From contig CAVZJV010000014.1 in the NCBI GenBank assembly GCA_963775685.1, positions 1,888,001-1,952,000 on the forward strand: 64,000 bases of DNA, read 5' to 3'. The notes below the pieces were generated by a model. It searched no databases, was not told where the DNA came from, and was given only the letters and a program-made list of their open reading frames with translations. Every line of letters begins with the position of its first letter. Within the stretch, counting starts at the first letter, position 1. Position numbers and translations under genes: made by a program. Source of the stretch: Candidatus Bathyarchaeota archaeon (GTDB taxonomy: Archaea > Thermoproteota > Bathyarchaeia > Bathyarchaeales > Bathycorpusculaceae). Below are positions 18,547 to 28,501 of the stretch, one piece after another.

Positions 18547-20043
18547 TTGCTAAGTTTTCCAACAGGTGCATCTCATTTTTGCAACATCCATTCAGGCAGT
18601 TCGCAGAATATTCTGCTTGTTTTTCCAGGAAAATTCAAAGCACCTGACCCTCAGGTTCCGCTTTCATTGTTGCATATTGCAGCTTCGCTTAAGCAAGACG
18701 GTTTTAACGTGCGTATTCTTGATATGCGCCTCGAAGACTTTCACCATTTTGAGGTTGGCGACCCTGTTTTTGTTGGAATAAGTTGCATGAGCGGTTTACA
18801 AATTAAGTACGCTTTAGAGTTTGCCCGATACGTGAGGGTGCATAATCCTTCTTGTCCGCTTGTTTGGGGCGGCGTTCATCCGACGCTTTTGCCTGAGCAA
18901 ACGGCAAGCAACGATTTTGTTGACATAGTTGTTCGGGGCGAAGGAGAATTAATAGTTAAAGACCTTGCAATTGCACTTGTCCTAAACCGACCGCTTAACG
19001 CTGTTGCAGGCATAACCTTTAGCCTCAACGGTTCAATCACAAGCACCCCAGACGGGAAAGTAATTGACTTAGATACAATTCCCATAGATTTGCCCTATGA
19101 GCTTATCCAAATAGAAAAATACCCATCTTTTAGGTCTGGACGTTTCCATATACAAACGAGCCGAGGGTGCCCCCACAGATGCGGCTTTTGTTACAACTCA
19201 ATATTCAACAAGAACCGTTGGCGAGGAAAAAGTGCAAAGCGCGTACTCGACGAAATCGAATACATACAAAAAGCCTATCCACATATCAAAATAATCGATC
19301 CAATCGATGACAACGTATTCGTTGATGAATGTCGCGTGAAGGAAATGTGCCAAGGGCTTATAGATAGAAAACTTAGTATTCAATGGAGGGCTAATTGCCG
19401 CTTTGATTACCTCGCCAACTACGATAAGAATTTTCTTGAACTTTTAGAGAAGGCTGGATGCGTTGAACTGGATTTTGGCGGTGAATCAGGTTCTGGGCGT
19501 CTTCAACAACTTATATGCAAGGATGTGACGGCTGATGAGATGTTGCAGTCCGTTGGTAATCTGAGGCGTTGGGCACCATCCATTGAGCCTTATGTTTCTT
19601 GGATGAGTGGTTTACCCGGAGAAACCGATGAAGATTTAGCAGAAACTTTTGACTTGATGGATAGGCTACGTGAGGAGAACCCTAAAACGCAGCATTTTGG
19701 CATTTTCGTCTACACCCCCTTTCCGAGTCCAGTTATGAAATATTTACCACAAGACTATATTTTGCCACAAACGCTTGAACAATGGGCGCGAGTTGATGTT
19801 TTCCAGTTCAGCCCTCCTTGGCACAGCAAAAAGAGAATAGAAAAACTCCATACAATTTCCTCTGTTGCGCGTTGTACTTTCTATCCGCAGTCAAGAATTA
19901 AGGATCGAGGTTTACCTTTCAAATTTTCTTATAGATTACTAAATAAGGTTGCAAGTTACAGGTGGCAGCACCGATATTTTGGCTTTCCAGTTGAACTGAA
20001 GATTGCCGATGCCGTTGCAAAGAAGTTTAAGGGGTTTCTTTAG
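18547..20043 (+). CDS. B12-binding-domain radical SAM protein (class B methyltransferase-like)
   Basis: N-terminal cobalamin domain (WGGVHPT, VRGEGE), TSRGCPHRCGFC, GGESGS, GLPGET. Confidence 0.9.
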   Translation: MLSFPTGASHFCNIHSGSSQNILLVFPGKFKAPDPQVPLSLLHIAASLKQDGFNVRILDMRLEDFHHFEVGDPVFVGISCMSGLQIKYALEFARYVRVHNPSCPLVWGGVHPTLLPEQTASNDFVDIVVRGEGELIVKDLAIALVLNRPLNAVAGITFSLNGSITSTPDGKVIDLDTIPIDLPYELIQIEKYPSFRSGRFHIQTSRGCPHRCGFCYNSIFNKNRWRGKSAKRVLDEIEYIQKAYPHIKIIDPIDDNVFVDECRVKEMCQGLIDRKLSIQWRANCRFDYLANYDKNFLELLEKAGCVELDFGGESGSGRLQQLICKDVTADEMLQSVGNLRRWAPSIEPYVSWMSGLPGETDEDLAETFDLMDRLREENPKTQHFGIFVYTPFPSPVMKYLPQDYILPQTLEQWARVDVFQFSPPWHSKKRIEKLHTISSVARCTFYPQSRIKDRGLPFKFSYRLLNKVASYRWQHRYFGFPVELKIADAVAKKFKGFL

Positions 20044-20468
20044 GCACTGTAGTCTCGTCCTTCAGGTTTTGAGCTTACAGGTTTTCCAGCTTCAGGAATC
20101 TGCGGCAGCGGAATTGGTGGCGGAATATTTAACGTCCTTGAAATGAGCACTGACTCGATGAAAACAACATTGGATATAGATTGCATTATTATCTGCGCCG
20201 GAGGTTTCTTCTGATCGTAGTCCTTGAGAACTTTGTCAACTTCCCCTTTTTCACCATTTACATAGGCATTCCCTTTCAAGGTTAATTGCGCTATGGATGG
20301 GTTATATCCGATTGATAAAACAAATGGCACTTCCAACGATTCATCCTGTTTCCTTTCCATACCAACAATGTTAATGTTAGTGCTGATCTGGATAGGCGGG
20401 ATTGGCTTTCTAATATCCCAATGACGTTCAGCTGAAATGCTATTTATAACTACATTTACTCTAAGCAT
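20040..20468 (-). CDS. Conserved archaeal hypothetical protein
   Basis: Well-formed 142-aa ORF co-oriented after rps27ae, with a C-terminal LNIPPPIPLP motif. Confidence 0.75.
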   Translation of the reverse strand: MLRVNVVINSISAERHWDIRKPIPPIQISTNINIVGMERKQDESLEVPFVLSIGYNPSIAQLTLKGNAYVNGEKGEVDKVLKDYDQKKPPAQIIMQSISNVVFIESVLISRTLNIPPPIPLPQIPEAGKPVSSKPEGRDYSA

Positions 20469-20513
20469 TATGGGTCAAAAAAGAATAATTGCGATTGAAA
20501 GATTTAAAACTGC

Positions 20514-20774
20514 TTATTTCGGTTTATAACGAGTAAACCCACAGTGACCGCAAGTATATCTCTGTTGGTGGTCTGCCATGAAATATCCTGGTCCGCATCG
20601 CTCACATGTCGGGCGTGTCCTTGAAAGTTTTTCACCTTCAGCCTTGTACATGAAATGAACGCCTTTTTCATCTTTCTGTTTCTTTTCACTTTTACCTTTT
20701 TCTGTTTTCTTTGTTGATGCTGCTACTTCAGTTGGAGCTTCTTCTTTCTTTGGAGGCGTTGGTTTTGCTGGCAT
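20514..20774 (-). CDS. rps27ae: 30S ribosomal protein S27ae (eS31)
   Basis: CERCGPGYFMADHQQRYTCGHCGFT zinc ribbon; follows rps24e. Confidence 0.95.
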   Translation of the reverse strand: MPAKPTPPKKEEAPTEVAASTKKTEKGKSEKKQKDEKGVHFMYKAEGEKLSRTRPTCERCGPGYFMADHQQRYTCGHCGFTRYKPK

Positions 20775-21085
20775 TATGCGGTCGCCTCTTCTTTGGGCTT
20801 TTCAGGTGGACTATTACGTTTCCTAATGTATTCAGGCTCAACGATTTTTGCTTGATTAACGGACTTGTAAACGTTAGCAGCTCCCACAGTTGTGCTAGTT
20901 CCAGTTTTGGTGCGCATTCTCTTAATGAAAACGACATCGTCACCAATCTGAAGTTCAACGGCTAAAGCTTTCTTTACTTCTAGCCTTTGGGGCGTTTTCT
21001 CTTTAGGACCAGAAATAATTGTGAAACCTACTTCCTTCCGTTTTAAAAGCGGATTATCCTTGGTTGAATCTATTTTGACTTGCAT
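20774..21085 (-). CDS. rps24e: 30S ribosomal protein S24e
   Basis: NPLLKRKEV...TPQR...G.ANVY..EPEYIRKRN. Confidence 0.95.
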   Translation of the reverse strand: MQVKIDSTKDNPLLKRKEVGFTIISGPKEKTPQRLEVKKALAVELQIGDDVVFIKRMRTKTGTSTTVGAANVYKSVNQAKIVEPEYIRKRNSPPEKPKEEATA

Positions 21086-21128
21086 TAATGTTCACTTAAG
21101 GCGGTATTTCATACAAGAATCTTCTTAT

Positions 21129-21674
21129 TTAGCTTTTCGAAGATTTCATAGCGTTTAGGAACTTCTGGGCTCGAGCTTTTACCTCAAAAGTGACTTTAAC
21201 AACCACAATGCCACAATAAGGCTGCCCATAGACCACAAAAGCATTTTTTGGTGCATACAAAACCGCTATAAGAGTGAGTAAATCTTCCTCACCCTTAACT
21301 ACTATGTGTGTGTGTTCATCTCTGTCTAAAGCTTCCTTTACTGCAGAAATGGCTTGATGAGTTATTGTTCCCTGCGGGTTATCTACATAAACCGTTTTCT
21401 CTACTGCTTCCTCTTCTTCAGGAATTGCTTGATTTCTTAATGAAATGTTGTCGATAATCGTTAGTTGCGGCTCAATGCCATTTTTGTGGAGGTTACGGGA
21501 GACAACATCTCCAACAGAAATTATTTTCGGCGGCTTTTCTTTTTCAACCAATTCCTTCATTTTAGCCATCGTTTCTTCAGGTACACCTTCAATGAAGCTG
21601 CCGAAGGGTTCTTTTAGTTTAATGCGAAGCTCTGGCGTTATTGCATAAGCTGTTGTCATCATTTGAACCTGCAA
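21129..21674 (-). CDS. GTP-dependent dephospho-CoA kinase (DUF359)
   Basis: VGDVVS, NPQGTIT, GEEDLL, YGQP motifs; conserved position between spt4 and rps24e. Confidence 0.9.
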   Translation of the reverse strand: MQVQMMTTAYAITPELRIKLKEPFGSFIEGVPEETMAKMKELVEKEKPPKIISVGDVVSRNLHKNGIEPQLTIIDNISLRNQAIPEEEEAVEKTVYVDNPQGTITHQAISAVKEALDRDEHTHIVVKGEEDLLTLIAVLYAPKNAFVVYGQPYCGIVVVKVTFEVKARAQKFLNAMKSSKS

Positions 21675-21724
21675 AAAAGAAGATGCCTGGTAGGTTATGA
21701 AGCTACCGCGGACACCAAAAAGGG

Positions 21725-21910
21725 TTAACGTACTTTTAAGGCGTATCTGCCTTTCTCTTTAATATTCATCGCCTTAGCGATGGCGGAGTTTTCTGGATCG
21801 AACATAACCACTAAGCCGCTGAAATCTTCACTAAAATTGGTTGATTTGCATCTTGAGCAAACATTATCTTTTGTTATGTAATGGCAGTTTGAACATGCTT
21901 TTTCACTCAT
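21725..21910 (-). CDS. spt4: Transcription elongation factor Spt4 (RpoE'')
   Basis: ACSNC...CSRC...S.IAK.MNI...GRYALKVR. Confidence 0.95.
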   Translation of the reverse strand: MSEKACSNCHYITKDNVCSRCKSTNFSEDFSGLVVMFDPENSAIAKAMNIKEKGRYALKVR

Positions 21911-21927
21911 TCAACACAACTCCTTGC

Positions 21928-22515
21928 TTATGCAGCTTTCTCGGGGCTTTCGGTAGCTTTCTTTTCAGACCCTTTGCTTTGATCCATCTTTAGCCAGTCC
22001 AATTTACCTAGGAAAGGTTGCCTTGCTGTAACGCCAATTTTGCCTGAGCTGCCAATTCTGCCAAGAGACACAGCAGTTATTCTGACGCGCACTTGGTCGC
22101 CTGTTGTTAGTTTACGTTTGCTTTCTTTTCCCAGAAGAACTCCTTGTTTTTCATCGTATGAAATATAGTCGTCCATAAGCTGCGAGACGTGAAGCAAAGC
22201 GTCTACTGGTCCAATACGAACGAAAGCGCCAAAATCAGCGATTTCAACTACGTCGCCCTCAACTACCTCTTGAATTATTGGGTAGAATGCTAGTAGAGAA
22301 AAGGTTACCTTGTGGAATGTTGCGCCGTCGCCAGGTATTATTTTGCCAATTGGGCTAACTTGAATACCTGTGACTGCAATTACGTATCCTAATTCTTCGT
22401 CCACGATTCCTTCGTATTTTTGCTTTACCTGTTCCCGGCCGACTTTTTCAAGTGGCTTTCCGAAGGTTTCTGGTGGAATGCGGATAGTGTCTTGAAGAGT
22501 AATTAGTTTAAACAT
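21928..22515 (-). CDS. rpoE: DNA-directed RNA polymerase subunit E' (Rpo7)
   Basis: DTIRIPP, GDGATFH, S1 domain FGAFVRIGPVDALLHVSQ, RQPFLGK. Confidence 0.96.
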   Translation of the reverse strand: MFKLITLQDTIRIPPETFGKPLEKVGREQVKQKYEGIVDEELGYVIAVTGIQVSPIGKIIPGDGATFHKVTFSLLAFYPIIQEVVEGDVVEIADFGAFVRIGPVDALLHVSQLMDDYISYDEKQGVLLGKESKRKLTTGDQVRVRITAVSLGRIGSSGKIGVTARQPFLGKLDWLKMDQSKGSEKKATESPEKAA

Positions 22516-22944
22516 CTAAGATATCAACCCGTCAATGTCTAGACGCGATTTTTGTCTGACATAAATCACTGGCACACTTATATCTCTTAGCCTCAACTTT
22601 AGCTGTCTGTCGTTCGTAAATACTGGAGAATTCCAATTTTTAGCTACCCTCACGATCGCATCATCGATAGTTGTTTTATTGTCGTTTTCAACTGGCACAA
22701 GCTTGCATTTTTCTGCAAGTTTCAACGCAAATAAGGCTTCCCTGCGGATTCTAGGAGAATCCTTGGTTGCCAGCATCTCAAGTTCACGTTTAATGGGCGA
22801 GAGCAAAACAAAATCCACGTTTCGATTTAAAAGCTGCTTAACTTCTTTAAAAATGTCAATTTTTAGCTCCAGCGGGACAAAAAAGGCGTTGGAATCTAAA
22901 ATCACTTTCAGAGGTTCAATTTTTTTAGGTGTTGAAACCAACAA
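22516..22944 (-). CDS. PIN-domain protein (Fcf1/Utp24-like)
   Basis: VILDSN, DDAIV, TNDRQLK; conserved neighbour of rpoE and aIF2g. Confidence 0.88.
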   Translation of the reverse strand: MLVSTPKKIEPLKVILDSNAFFVPLELKIDIFKEVKQLLNRNVDFVLLSPIKRELEMLATKDSPRIRREALFALKLAEKCKLVPVENDNKTTIDDAIVRVAKNWNSPVFTNDRQLKLRLRDISVPVIYVRQKSRLDIDGLIS

Positions 22945-23062
22945 ATGGATGCTCCTGTTTCTTAGCTCTTTAATCTAGCGTTAAAACATTTTGTTTTGAA
23001 GGCGTTAGCTTATATTTGCTATTACTTTAAATAGATAGAATAATTGATTTTAGCTAAACTGG

Positions 23063-23503
23063 GTGAATGTAGTGATTCGCGAGAAATCATGCGGCGCCGT
23101 GGTGTTCGTAAAAAAGGAAGATCAAACACTGTATCTTCTTCTCAATTATGCCGCAAGGCATTGGGATTTCGTGAAAGGCAACGTGGAGCAAAATGAGACT
23201 GAAAAGGAGACCACAATTAGGGAACTTGAAGAAGAAACGGGCATAACTGATGCGGTCTTTGTTGAAGGCTTTAAAGAAACCATTGCTTACTTCTACCGAA
23301 GGCAAGGTTTAACGGTTCACAAGGAGGTCGTGTTCTTCATTATGAAGTCTTGTACAGAGAAGGTAACATTGTCTTTTGAGCACATAGGCTACGTCTGGCT
23401 GGATTATGAGCATGCGATGGAGAAACTAAACTTCAAAAACGCGAAAGATGTGCTCCAGAAAGCACATGAGTTCCTAAAGAAACAGGGAATAATAAAAGAA
23501 TAG
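23063..23503 (+). CDS. NUDIX hydrolase (Ap4A hydrolase-like)
   Basis: HWDFVKGNVEQNETEKETTIRELEEETG Nudix box; LSFEH. Confidence 0.9.
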   Translation: MNVVIREKSCGAVVFVKKEDQTLYLLLNYAARHWDFVKGNVEQNETEKETTIRELEEETGITDAVFVEGFKETIAYFYRRQGLTVHKEVVFFIMKSCTEKVTLSFEHIGYVWLDYEHAMEKLNFKNAKDVLQKAHEFLKKQGIIKE

Positions 23504-23505
23504 GC

Positions 23506-24753
23506 CTATTTTACGAGTCCGTAGCCAATGAGTCTCCACCTGGCAGTAATCTTTCTGCTGATGGCAACTCTTGAATCCGGCAAGGCACAAATTGGTCTAG
23601 TCAACTTTACCTTAATTATGTTCTGCTTAATTGAGACAACTTTACCAACATTCACCGCGGAACCAACATGGAGCAGAAGAGCTTCATCTGGGTTAATTTT
23701 TTCAACTTTCTGCAACTCCTTAGTTCCCACGACACGTTCCAAAACATGCGTTTCCAACGTTAACTCGGTAAGTGTTGGTGGAAGCTGCCCTGTTTTTCCT
23801 GCGATACTGCCTGTTAAGCCGTCGGCTTTCGAGTAAGATGGGTCAAGCAATGTTCCCACTCCGACTAGTCCGCCACATGTGGCTTCTTTTGCATCTTGGT
23901 TGCCCGCTTGGAGGCTGATTATTTCGCTAATTAAAGGGTCATATACTGTTTTGCCTTCCCGTTCAGCCATCACGCCTGGGCGTATTTCTATTTCTTCTCC
24001 AACGATGAATTTGCCTTGCGCTATGGTTCCTCCGATTATGCCACCTTCTAGTCCTTCGATGGTTGTTCCAGGCTTGTTCACGTCAAAGGAGCGGATGATG
24101 AACATCATCGGCGGCTTTGTTTCATCCCTCTTTGGCGTAGGAATGAGGGTTTGTATTGCGGTTAGAAGTACGTCGATGTTTATTCCGCGTTGAGCCGAGA
24201 TTGGAATTATCGGGGCGTTTTCCGCTACCGTGCCTTTGACGAAGGCCTTGATTTCCTTGTAGCTCTCCACGGCCCGTTTCTCATCAACAATGTCGATTTT
24301 GTTTTGTACGATAATCAGGTTCTTTATGCCACTGACTTCTGCGGCTGCGAGATGCTCTCGTGTCTGCGGTTGAGGACAAGGCTCATCAGCTGCAATCACC
24401 AAGATTGCGCCGTCCATAATTGCTGCGCCGCTGAGCATGGTAGCCATCAAGGCTTCATGTCCGGGTGCGTCAACAAAGCTTATGGCGCGGACAAATTCTG
24501 CTTCTGAGTTGCAGCCTTCGCAATAAGGCTTGATGGTGTAGTTTTTTGGGGGTTCGCATTTGGGGCATTTGTAGATGGGCATGTCGGCGTAGCCGAGTTT
24601 TATGGTGATGCCCCTTTTGAGTTCTTCACTGTGGCGTGACGCCCAAGTTCCTGTTAACGATTGAACTAAAGTAGTTTTTCCATGGTCAACATGTCCGATG
24701 GTGCCAATGTTGACTTCCGGTTGCTTAGGCAAGGCTTTACTAGTGTTACTCAT
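23506..24753 (-). CDS. eif2g: Translation initiation factor 2 gamma subunit
   Basis: GHVDHGKTT, RGITIKLGY, DAPGHE, QNKID, WRLIGYG. Confidence 0.98.
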   Translation of the reverse strand: MSNTSKALPKQPEVNIGTIGHVDHGKTTLVQSLTGTWASRHSEELKRGITIKLGYADMPIYKCPKCEPPKNYTIKPYCEGCNSEAEFVRAISFVDAPGHEALMATMLSGAAIMDGAILVIAADEPCPQPQTREHLAAAEVSGIKNLIIVQNKIDIVDEKRAVESYKEIKAFVKGTVAENAPIIPISAQRGINIDVLLTAIQTLIPTPKRDETKPPMMFIIRSFDVNKPGTTIEGLEGGIIGGTIAQGKFIVGEEIEIRPGVMAEREGKTVYDPLISEIISLQAGNQDAKEATCGGLVGVGTLLDPSYSKADGLTGSIAGKTGQLPPTLTELTLETHVLERVVGTKELQKVEKINPDEALLLHVGSAVNVGKVVSIKQNIIKVKLTRPICALPDSRVAISRKITARWRLIGYGLVK

Positions 24754-24843
24754 AGTATTCTTCTTCTTTCCAATAAATGCTGGCGAATAAATGATGAATT
24801 AATTATGCGAGTTTATAAGGTTTAAGCATGCACAAAAGCAAAA

Positions 24844-25245
24844 TTACTGTTTAGGTGCTTGCTCAGCTTTTGCTTCTGGCGCTTTTGCCGCTGAGGCTGG
24901 TCTTTCAGTGATTTTCATGTTGATTTGTGCAATTTCATCGGTAATTATATTTCCGCGGACTGTTTTGCGTTTTCTCTCGCCTTTTTTCTTTGGGCTAAAA
25001 CCTGCTCCGCCGCTTAGCACAACTCTTCTGCGTACACCGCCATGAACGTTTCCCCTCATGGGAACGCCGTCTTTGTCGGAGCCGCCTAGGAGCTGTACTG
25101 TGTGTGCTGGTAAATCAACAACTGAGCCATCCATGGTTTCGCCTAATCTTCTGCCTATGAAGGGGGCTGCGCGTGTTTCTTCAAGCTCAACTACTTTGGA
25201 TGTTCCAGCTTGGGGATCCGAAACTATTACCTTAAACTTTGCCAT
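24844..25245 (-). CDS. rps6e: 30S ribosomal protein S6e
   Basis: FKVIVSDP, GGSDKDGVPM, GERKRKTVRGN. Confidence 0.97.
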   Translation of the reverse strand: MAKFKVIVSDPQAGTSKVVELEETRAAPFIGRRLGETMDGSVVDLPAHTVQLLGGSDKDGVPMRGNVHGGVRRRVVLSGGAGFSPKKKGERKRKTVRGNIITDEIAQINMKITERPASAAKAPEAKAEQAPKQ

Positions 25246-25379
25246 GATATTCTCTCCAGCGGAGTATGAAGTTGGCTGGTCTCTCTATTAAGTATTTATG
25301 CAACTTTTTCTCTCCAAAGCACATCTATAAGCAAGTTCACATTATGGGGGTAAAAGTTTTAATCTAACTGTGAAGTGGG

Positions 25380-26624
25380 TTGAGTGCTATGTGGCGGCTA
25401 GGGTTCTTCTTTCACGAGATAGCGTTTGGGCTATTGAGCGTTTTCATTCCGCTCTACTTGGTGGCTTTCGAGGACACGAGCATTCTTGGTGGTCCACTTG
25501 TCGCGTTGGGCGCAATGACCTCAATTGCTATTTTTTGCTCAATTCCTGCCTCCTTTCTATGGGGCTACCTCTGTGACTCTACACGGCACTACAAAGCATT
25601 TATTCTTCTATCCTTTCTTTCTTCGGCGATAATTCTCTTTTTGATGGCTTTACCCTTTGCCCAAAATATCGTCATCTTTGTGATCATGTACGTGGTCATG
25701 CAGGTGCTCCATGTCTCACATGAAGCGCCAAAAAACATCCTCATCGCCGAACACTACAGTCGCGAAGACTGGGAAAAATCCTACGGTTTCTATGAAGGAA
25801 TCACAGAAATAGGCTTCATAGCTGGGCTAGCGATTGGATTGATACTGACTATTGGGTTGTTCGCGTTTACAGCAGCTCTTAGCTCAACAGTCTTGGCACA
25901 ATATACACTTTATTTGTGTAGTGTTTTGAGCTTGGTTGCCTTCATATTTTCCGTTGCTTTGATTGCTGACCCTTTGATGATTTTTGAGCGGCGGCTGGTA
26001 GGCATGGAGAGAAAGCTAAATTTTACCTCTCGAGGAATAGAATCCTATAGCATGCGATGGAAAGTTTCCCTTAAACAAGAAAGTTTCCCAGGGTTCGCTT
26101 TTGCAATAGTAATATTTTCGTTGGCGACGAGCCTCTTCTTTACTCCCCTGCCAATTTACCTAAAAGAGATCTTCAACGGACAGGCTAGCATGGTTTATGT
26201 TGCTTACATTCTAAACTCGGTTGGGGCAACACTTGGCTACTTCTTGATTCGGAACCGAGCAAGAACCATGGATACAAGAAAACAAATGCCTCGATTTGTC
26301 CTCGCCCGAGGGCTTCTAATATTTCTCCTAGTAGCCGTTATCGAGCTTGCTTTTTCACCCACGATTTTGACTAGCTTATTCCTTGTTTTCATAGGTTTCG
26401 CCTATGCCGTCTACTTCATTATGATGATTTCTCTGTCAATGGAACTCATTCCTGAAGGAAAATCAGGCTATTTTGACGGTTTTGTCGGTTTGGGTGCTGG
26501 CATAGGCTCTTTCCTTGGACCTTTTCTAGCTGAATATCTAACTTATCTTCCGACCTTCATAATTGCAGGTGTTGGTTTTTTCTGTGCGTACTTAATACTG
26601 AAGATTTTTGCGATTAAAAACTAA
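25380..26624 (+). CDS. MFS transporter
   Basis: About 12 hydrophobic segments; WGYLCDSTRHYK motif A variant. Confidence 0.85.
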   Translation: MSAMWRLGFFFHEIAFGLLSVFIPLYLVAFEDTSILGGPLVALGAMTSIAIFCSIPASFLWGYLCDSTRHYKAFILLSFLSSAIILFLMALPFAQNIVIFVIMYVVMQVLHVSHEAPKNILIAEHYSREDWEKSYGFYEGITEIGFIAGLAIGLILTIGLFAFTAALSSTVLAQYTLYLCSVLSLVAFIFSVALIADPLMIFERRLVGMERKLNFTSRGIESYSMRWKVSLKQESFPGFAFAIVIFSLATSLFFTPLPIYLKEIFNGQASMVYVAYILNSVGATLGYFLIRNRARTMDTRKQMPRFVLARGLLIFLLVAVIELAFSPTILTSLFLVFIGFAYAVYFIMMISLSMELIPEGKSGYFDGFVGLGAGIGSFLGPFLAEYLTYLPTFIIAGVGFFCAYLILKIFAIKN

Positions 26625-26669
26625 AAAATAGAAAAGAAAGGGTTGAGCGAGTTTTCGCTAAGTTTAGGT

Positions 26670-28109
26670 TTATTCTGTGTGGACTCTGTATAAGTCGACG
26701 TCTTCACGCATGCTGGGTGTTAATTCGAGGAAGTCTCGTACTGATCGTTCAATGTCTTTGGATTGTGTAACGTATCTTCCGACGATGAGTATGTCTGCGC
26801 CCTGCTCTAGTGCTTCTTTAGCTGTTTCTGGCACTATGCCGCCTGCTACTGCGATTAGGTATTTCCTGTTGGGGAAAGCTTGGCGTATGAGTTTTATGCG
26901 TTCTAACCCGCAGGTTCTGCCGCTTTCCTGATCGATGCCTCTGTGTAAGATGACTATGTCTGGGAGGTCTTTGAGGGACTTCAGTTTGCCCAACACGTCA
27001 TCAACGTTTAGCATGTCGATAACTGCGTAGATTCCAAGGCGTCTGGCTTCTTGAACTGTTGCGTCAAGGGTCTCGGGTGGTGCTAAGCCCGCTGCGACAA
27101 CTGCGTCTGCGGTGTCCTCATAGGCAATGTCTACTTCCACTTTGCCTACATCAAGCGTTTTGAGGTCTGCAATAATGAATTTGTCTTTGGCGATTTTTCG
27201 TAATTCGTTGATGCCTCTTGTACCGTAGCGTTTAATGAGTGGTGTTCCGACTTCAAGGATGATTCTGTCGCTTCCGGGCAGTTGTTCAATCACCTTCTTT
27301 GCCCCTTCAAGTGAGGGTGCATCAAGTGCAATTTGTAGGTACGGAGGTCTCCATAGGCGTGGAACTTTGAAGCCCATGATTGGGTGCTTTGCGCGGTCTT
27401 TGTCATAGTTTATCTTGTCTAATGTTGGGTACTTCTTGAGCGCACGTTGCAACGCCATTTTTGTTGCGCCATAGTTATACTGGTATATCTTCCTGTAGTC
27501 TACTGCTTTAGGGTGAATGAATACGCTGCAGATGATAACCCATTCATCTAGTTTGTTTGCTGGGATTATTCCTTCTTCGGATGCATCAGCAATTGCTTTT
27601 GCAACTGCGGCTTGTGCGGGACCGAAAATTTTGCCCGTGTCTTCCATATTTTTGATAGTGACTTTTGGAACGATTAGTGTATGTGGTTTTGGCGGCAGGT
27701 TAGGTCTAATAACTGCCAGAACTGGTGTGTGGCCAGCTGAGAGCTGTGTCATGCCATTTGCGAACGCTTGTCCAATAGGTCCATTTTTGTCTCCTATCAT
27801 GAGGTCGATGTGCGCAACTTCATTTCCTTCTCCTAACAGCGATTCGCCAATTAAATATGTAGGTCCTGAATTTTCCTCAGCTTCGTCCGCTATTGTCGGT
27901 ATGCGGTCAACGATTTCTTTGAAATCGACATTGAACTCCTTTAACCATGAGTAAATAGTGTCCCGGTGAATGTCTATTTCTTTTGCTGTTCCGACAACTG
28001 TCGGTTTTGTCGGCTTTCCTTTGGAGCCAACTTCTTTCTTTGCCGCCTCAGTCAACATTTTTATAAGTTCATTTCTTGATTCTGGCTTTTTAACGTCTGC
28101 TCTCGACAT
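26670..28109 (-). CDS. fae-hps: Bifunctional formaldehyde-activating enzyme / 3-hexulose-6-phosphate synthase with an N-terminal HTH-like extension
   Basis: Fae domain (IGESLLGEGNEVAHIDL, FGPAQAAVAKA, YQYNYGAT) and HPS domain (LQIALD, EVGTPLIK, DLKTLDVG). Start moved to ATG 28109 (MSRADV). Confidence 0.92.
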   Translation of the reverse strand: MSRADVKKPESRNELIKMLTEAAKKEVGSKGKPTKPTVVGTAKEIDIHRDTIYSWLKEFNVDFKEIVDRIPTIADEAEENSGPTYLIGESLLGEGNEVAHIDLMIGDKNGPIGQAFANGMTQLSAGHTPVLAVIRPNLPPKPHTLIVPKVTIKNMEDTGKIFGPAQAAVAKAIADASEEGIIPANKLDEWVIICSVFIHPKAVDYRKIYQYNYGATKMALQRALKKYPTLDKINYDKDRAKHPIMGFKVPRLWRPPYLQIALDAPSLEGAKKVIEQLPGSDRIILEVGTPLIKRYGTRGINELRKIAKDKFIIADLKTLDVGKVEVDIAYEDTADAVVAAGLAPPETLDATVQEARRLGIYAVIDMLNVDDVLGKLKSLKDLPDIVILHRGIDQESGRTCGLERIKLIRQAFPNRKYLIAVAGGIVPETAKEALEQGADILIVGRYVTQSKDIERSVRDFLELTPSMREDVDLYRVHTE

Positions 28110-28318
28110 TTTATTTGCCTCGAACGCAGTCTGTATGTAATCGCGTATATAAGACTGTCGGATATGCTTAGTCAGATTCAAGTTGGCCGCATTGTTTTTA
28201 GCGGTGAATTGTCGTTTTTGTTTCTTTATTTGATGGCGCAATCTCACATTGTTTGATTTTTGGTAAATCTTTATATCTGAAGGGTCTTATTGAATGGCTA
28301 ACTTTACGAGGAGTTTCA

Positions 28319-28501
28319 ATGTCTTACACTGACTGGGCATTGTTAGGTTTATTCATTCTTGGTTTCATACTGTTCTTATATGGCGCCAACACCTACAATG
28401 CAATCGTCGGATACAGCGGAGTCTACTTATTCATAGGGTCAATAGTAGCTTACCTTATCCTTTACATCTACAAAGAAATCAGTAAGAAGAAGCCCGTTTA
28501 A
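28319..28501 (+). CDS. Small two-TM membrane protein
   Basis: ATG 28319 preceded by GAGGAG; MSYTDWALLGLFILG...; basic tail. Confidence 0.65.
   Translation: MSYTDWALLGLFILGFILFLYGANTYNAIVGYSGVYLFIGSIVAYLILYIYKEISKKKPV

Noticed and set aside
28110-28247. Extra 46 N-terminal codons of Fae-Hps in the ORF track
   Set aside because: ATG 28109 has an RBS-like GAGG, and the extension runs into the divergent promoter region.
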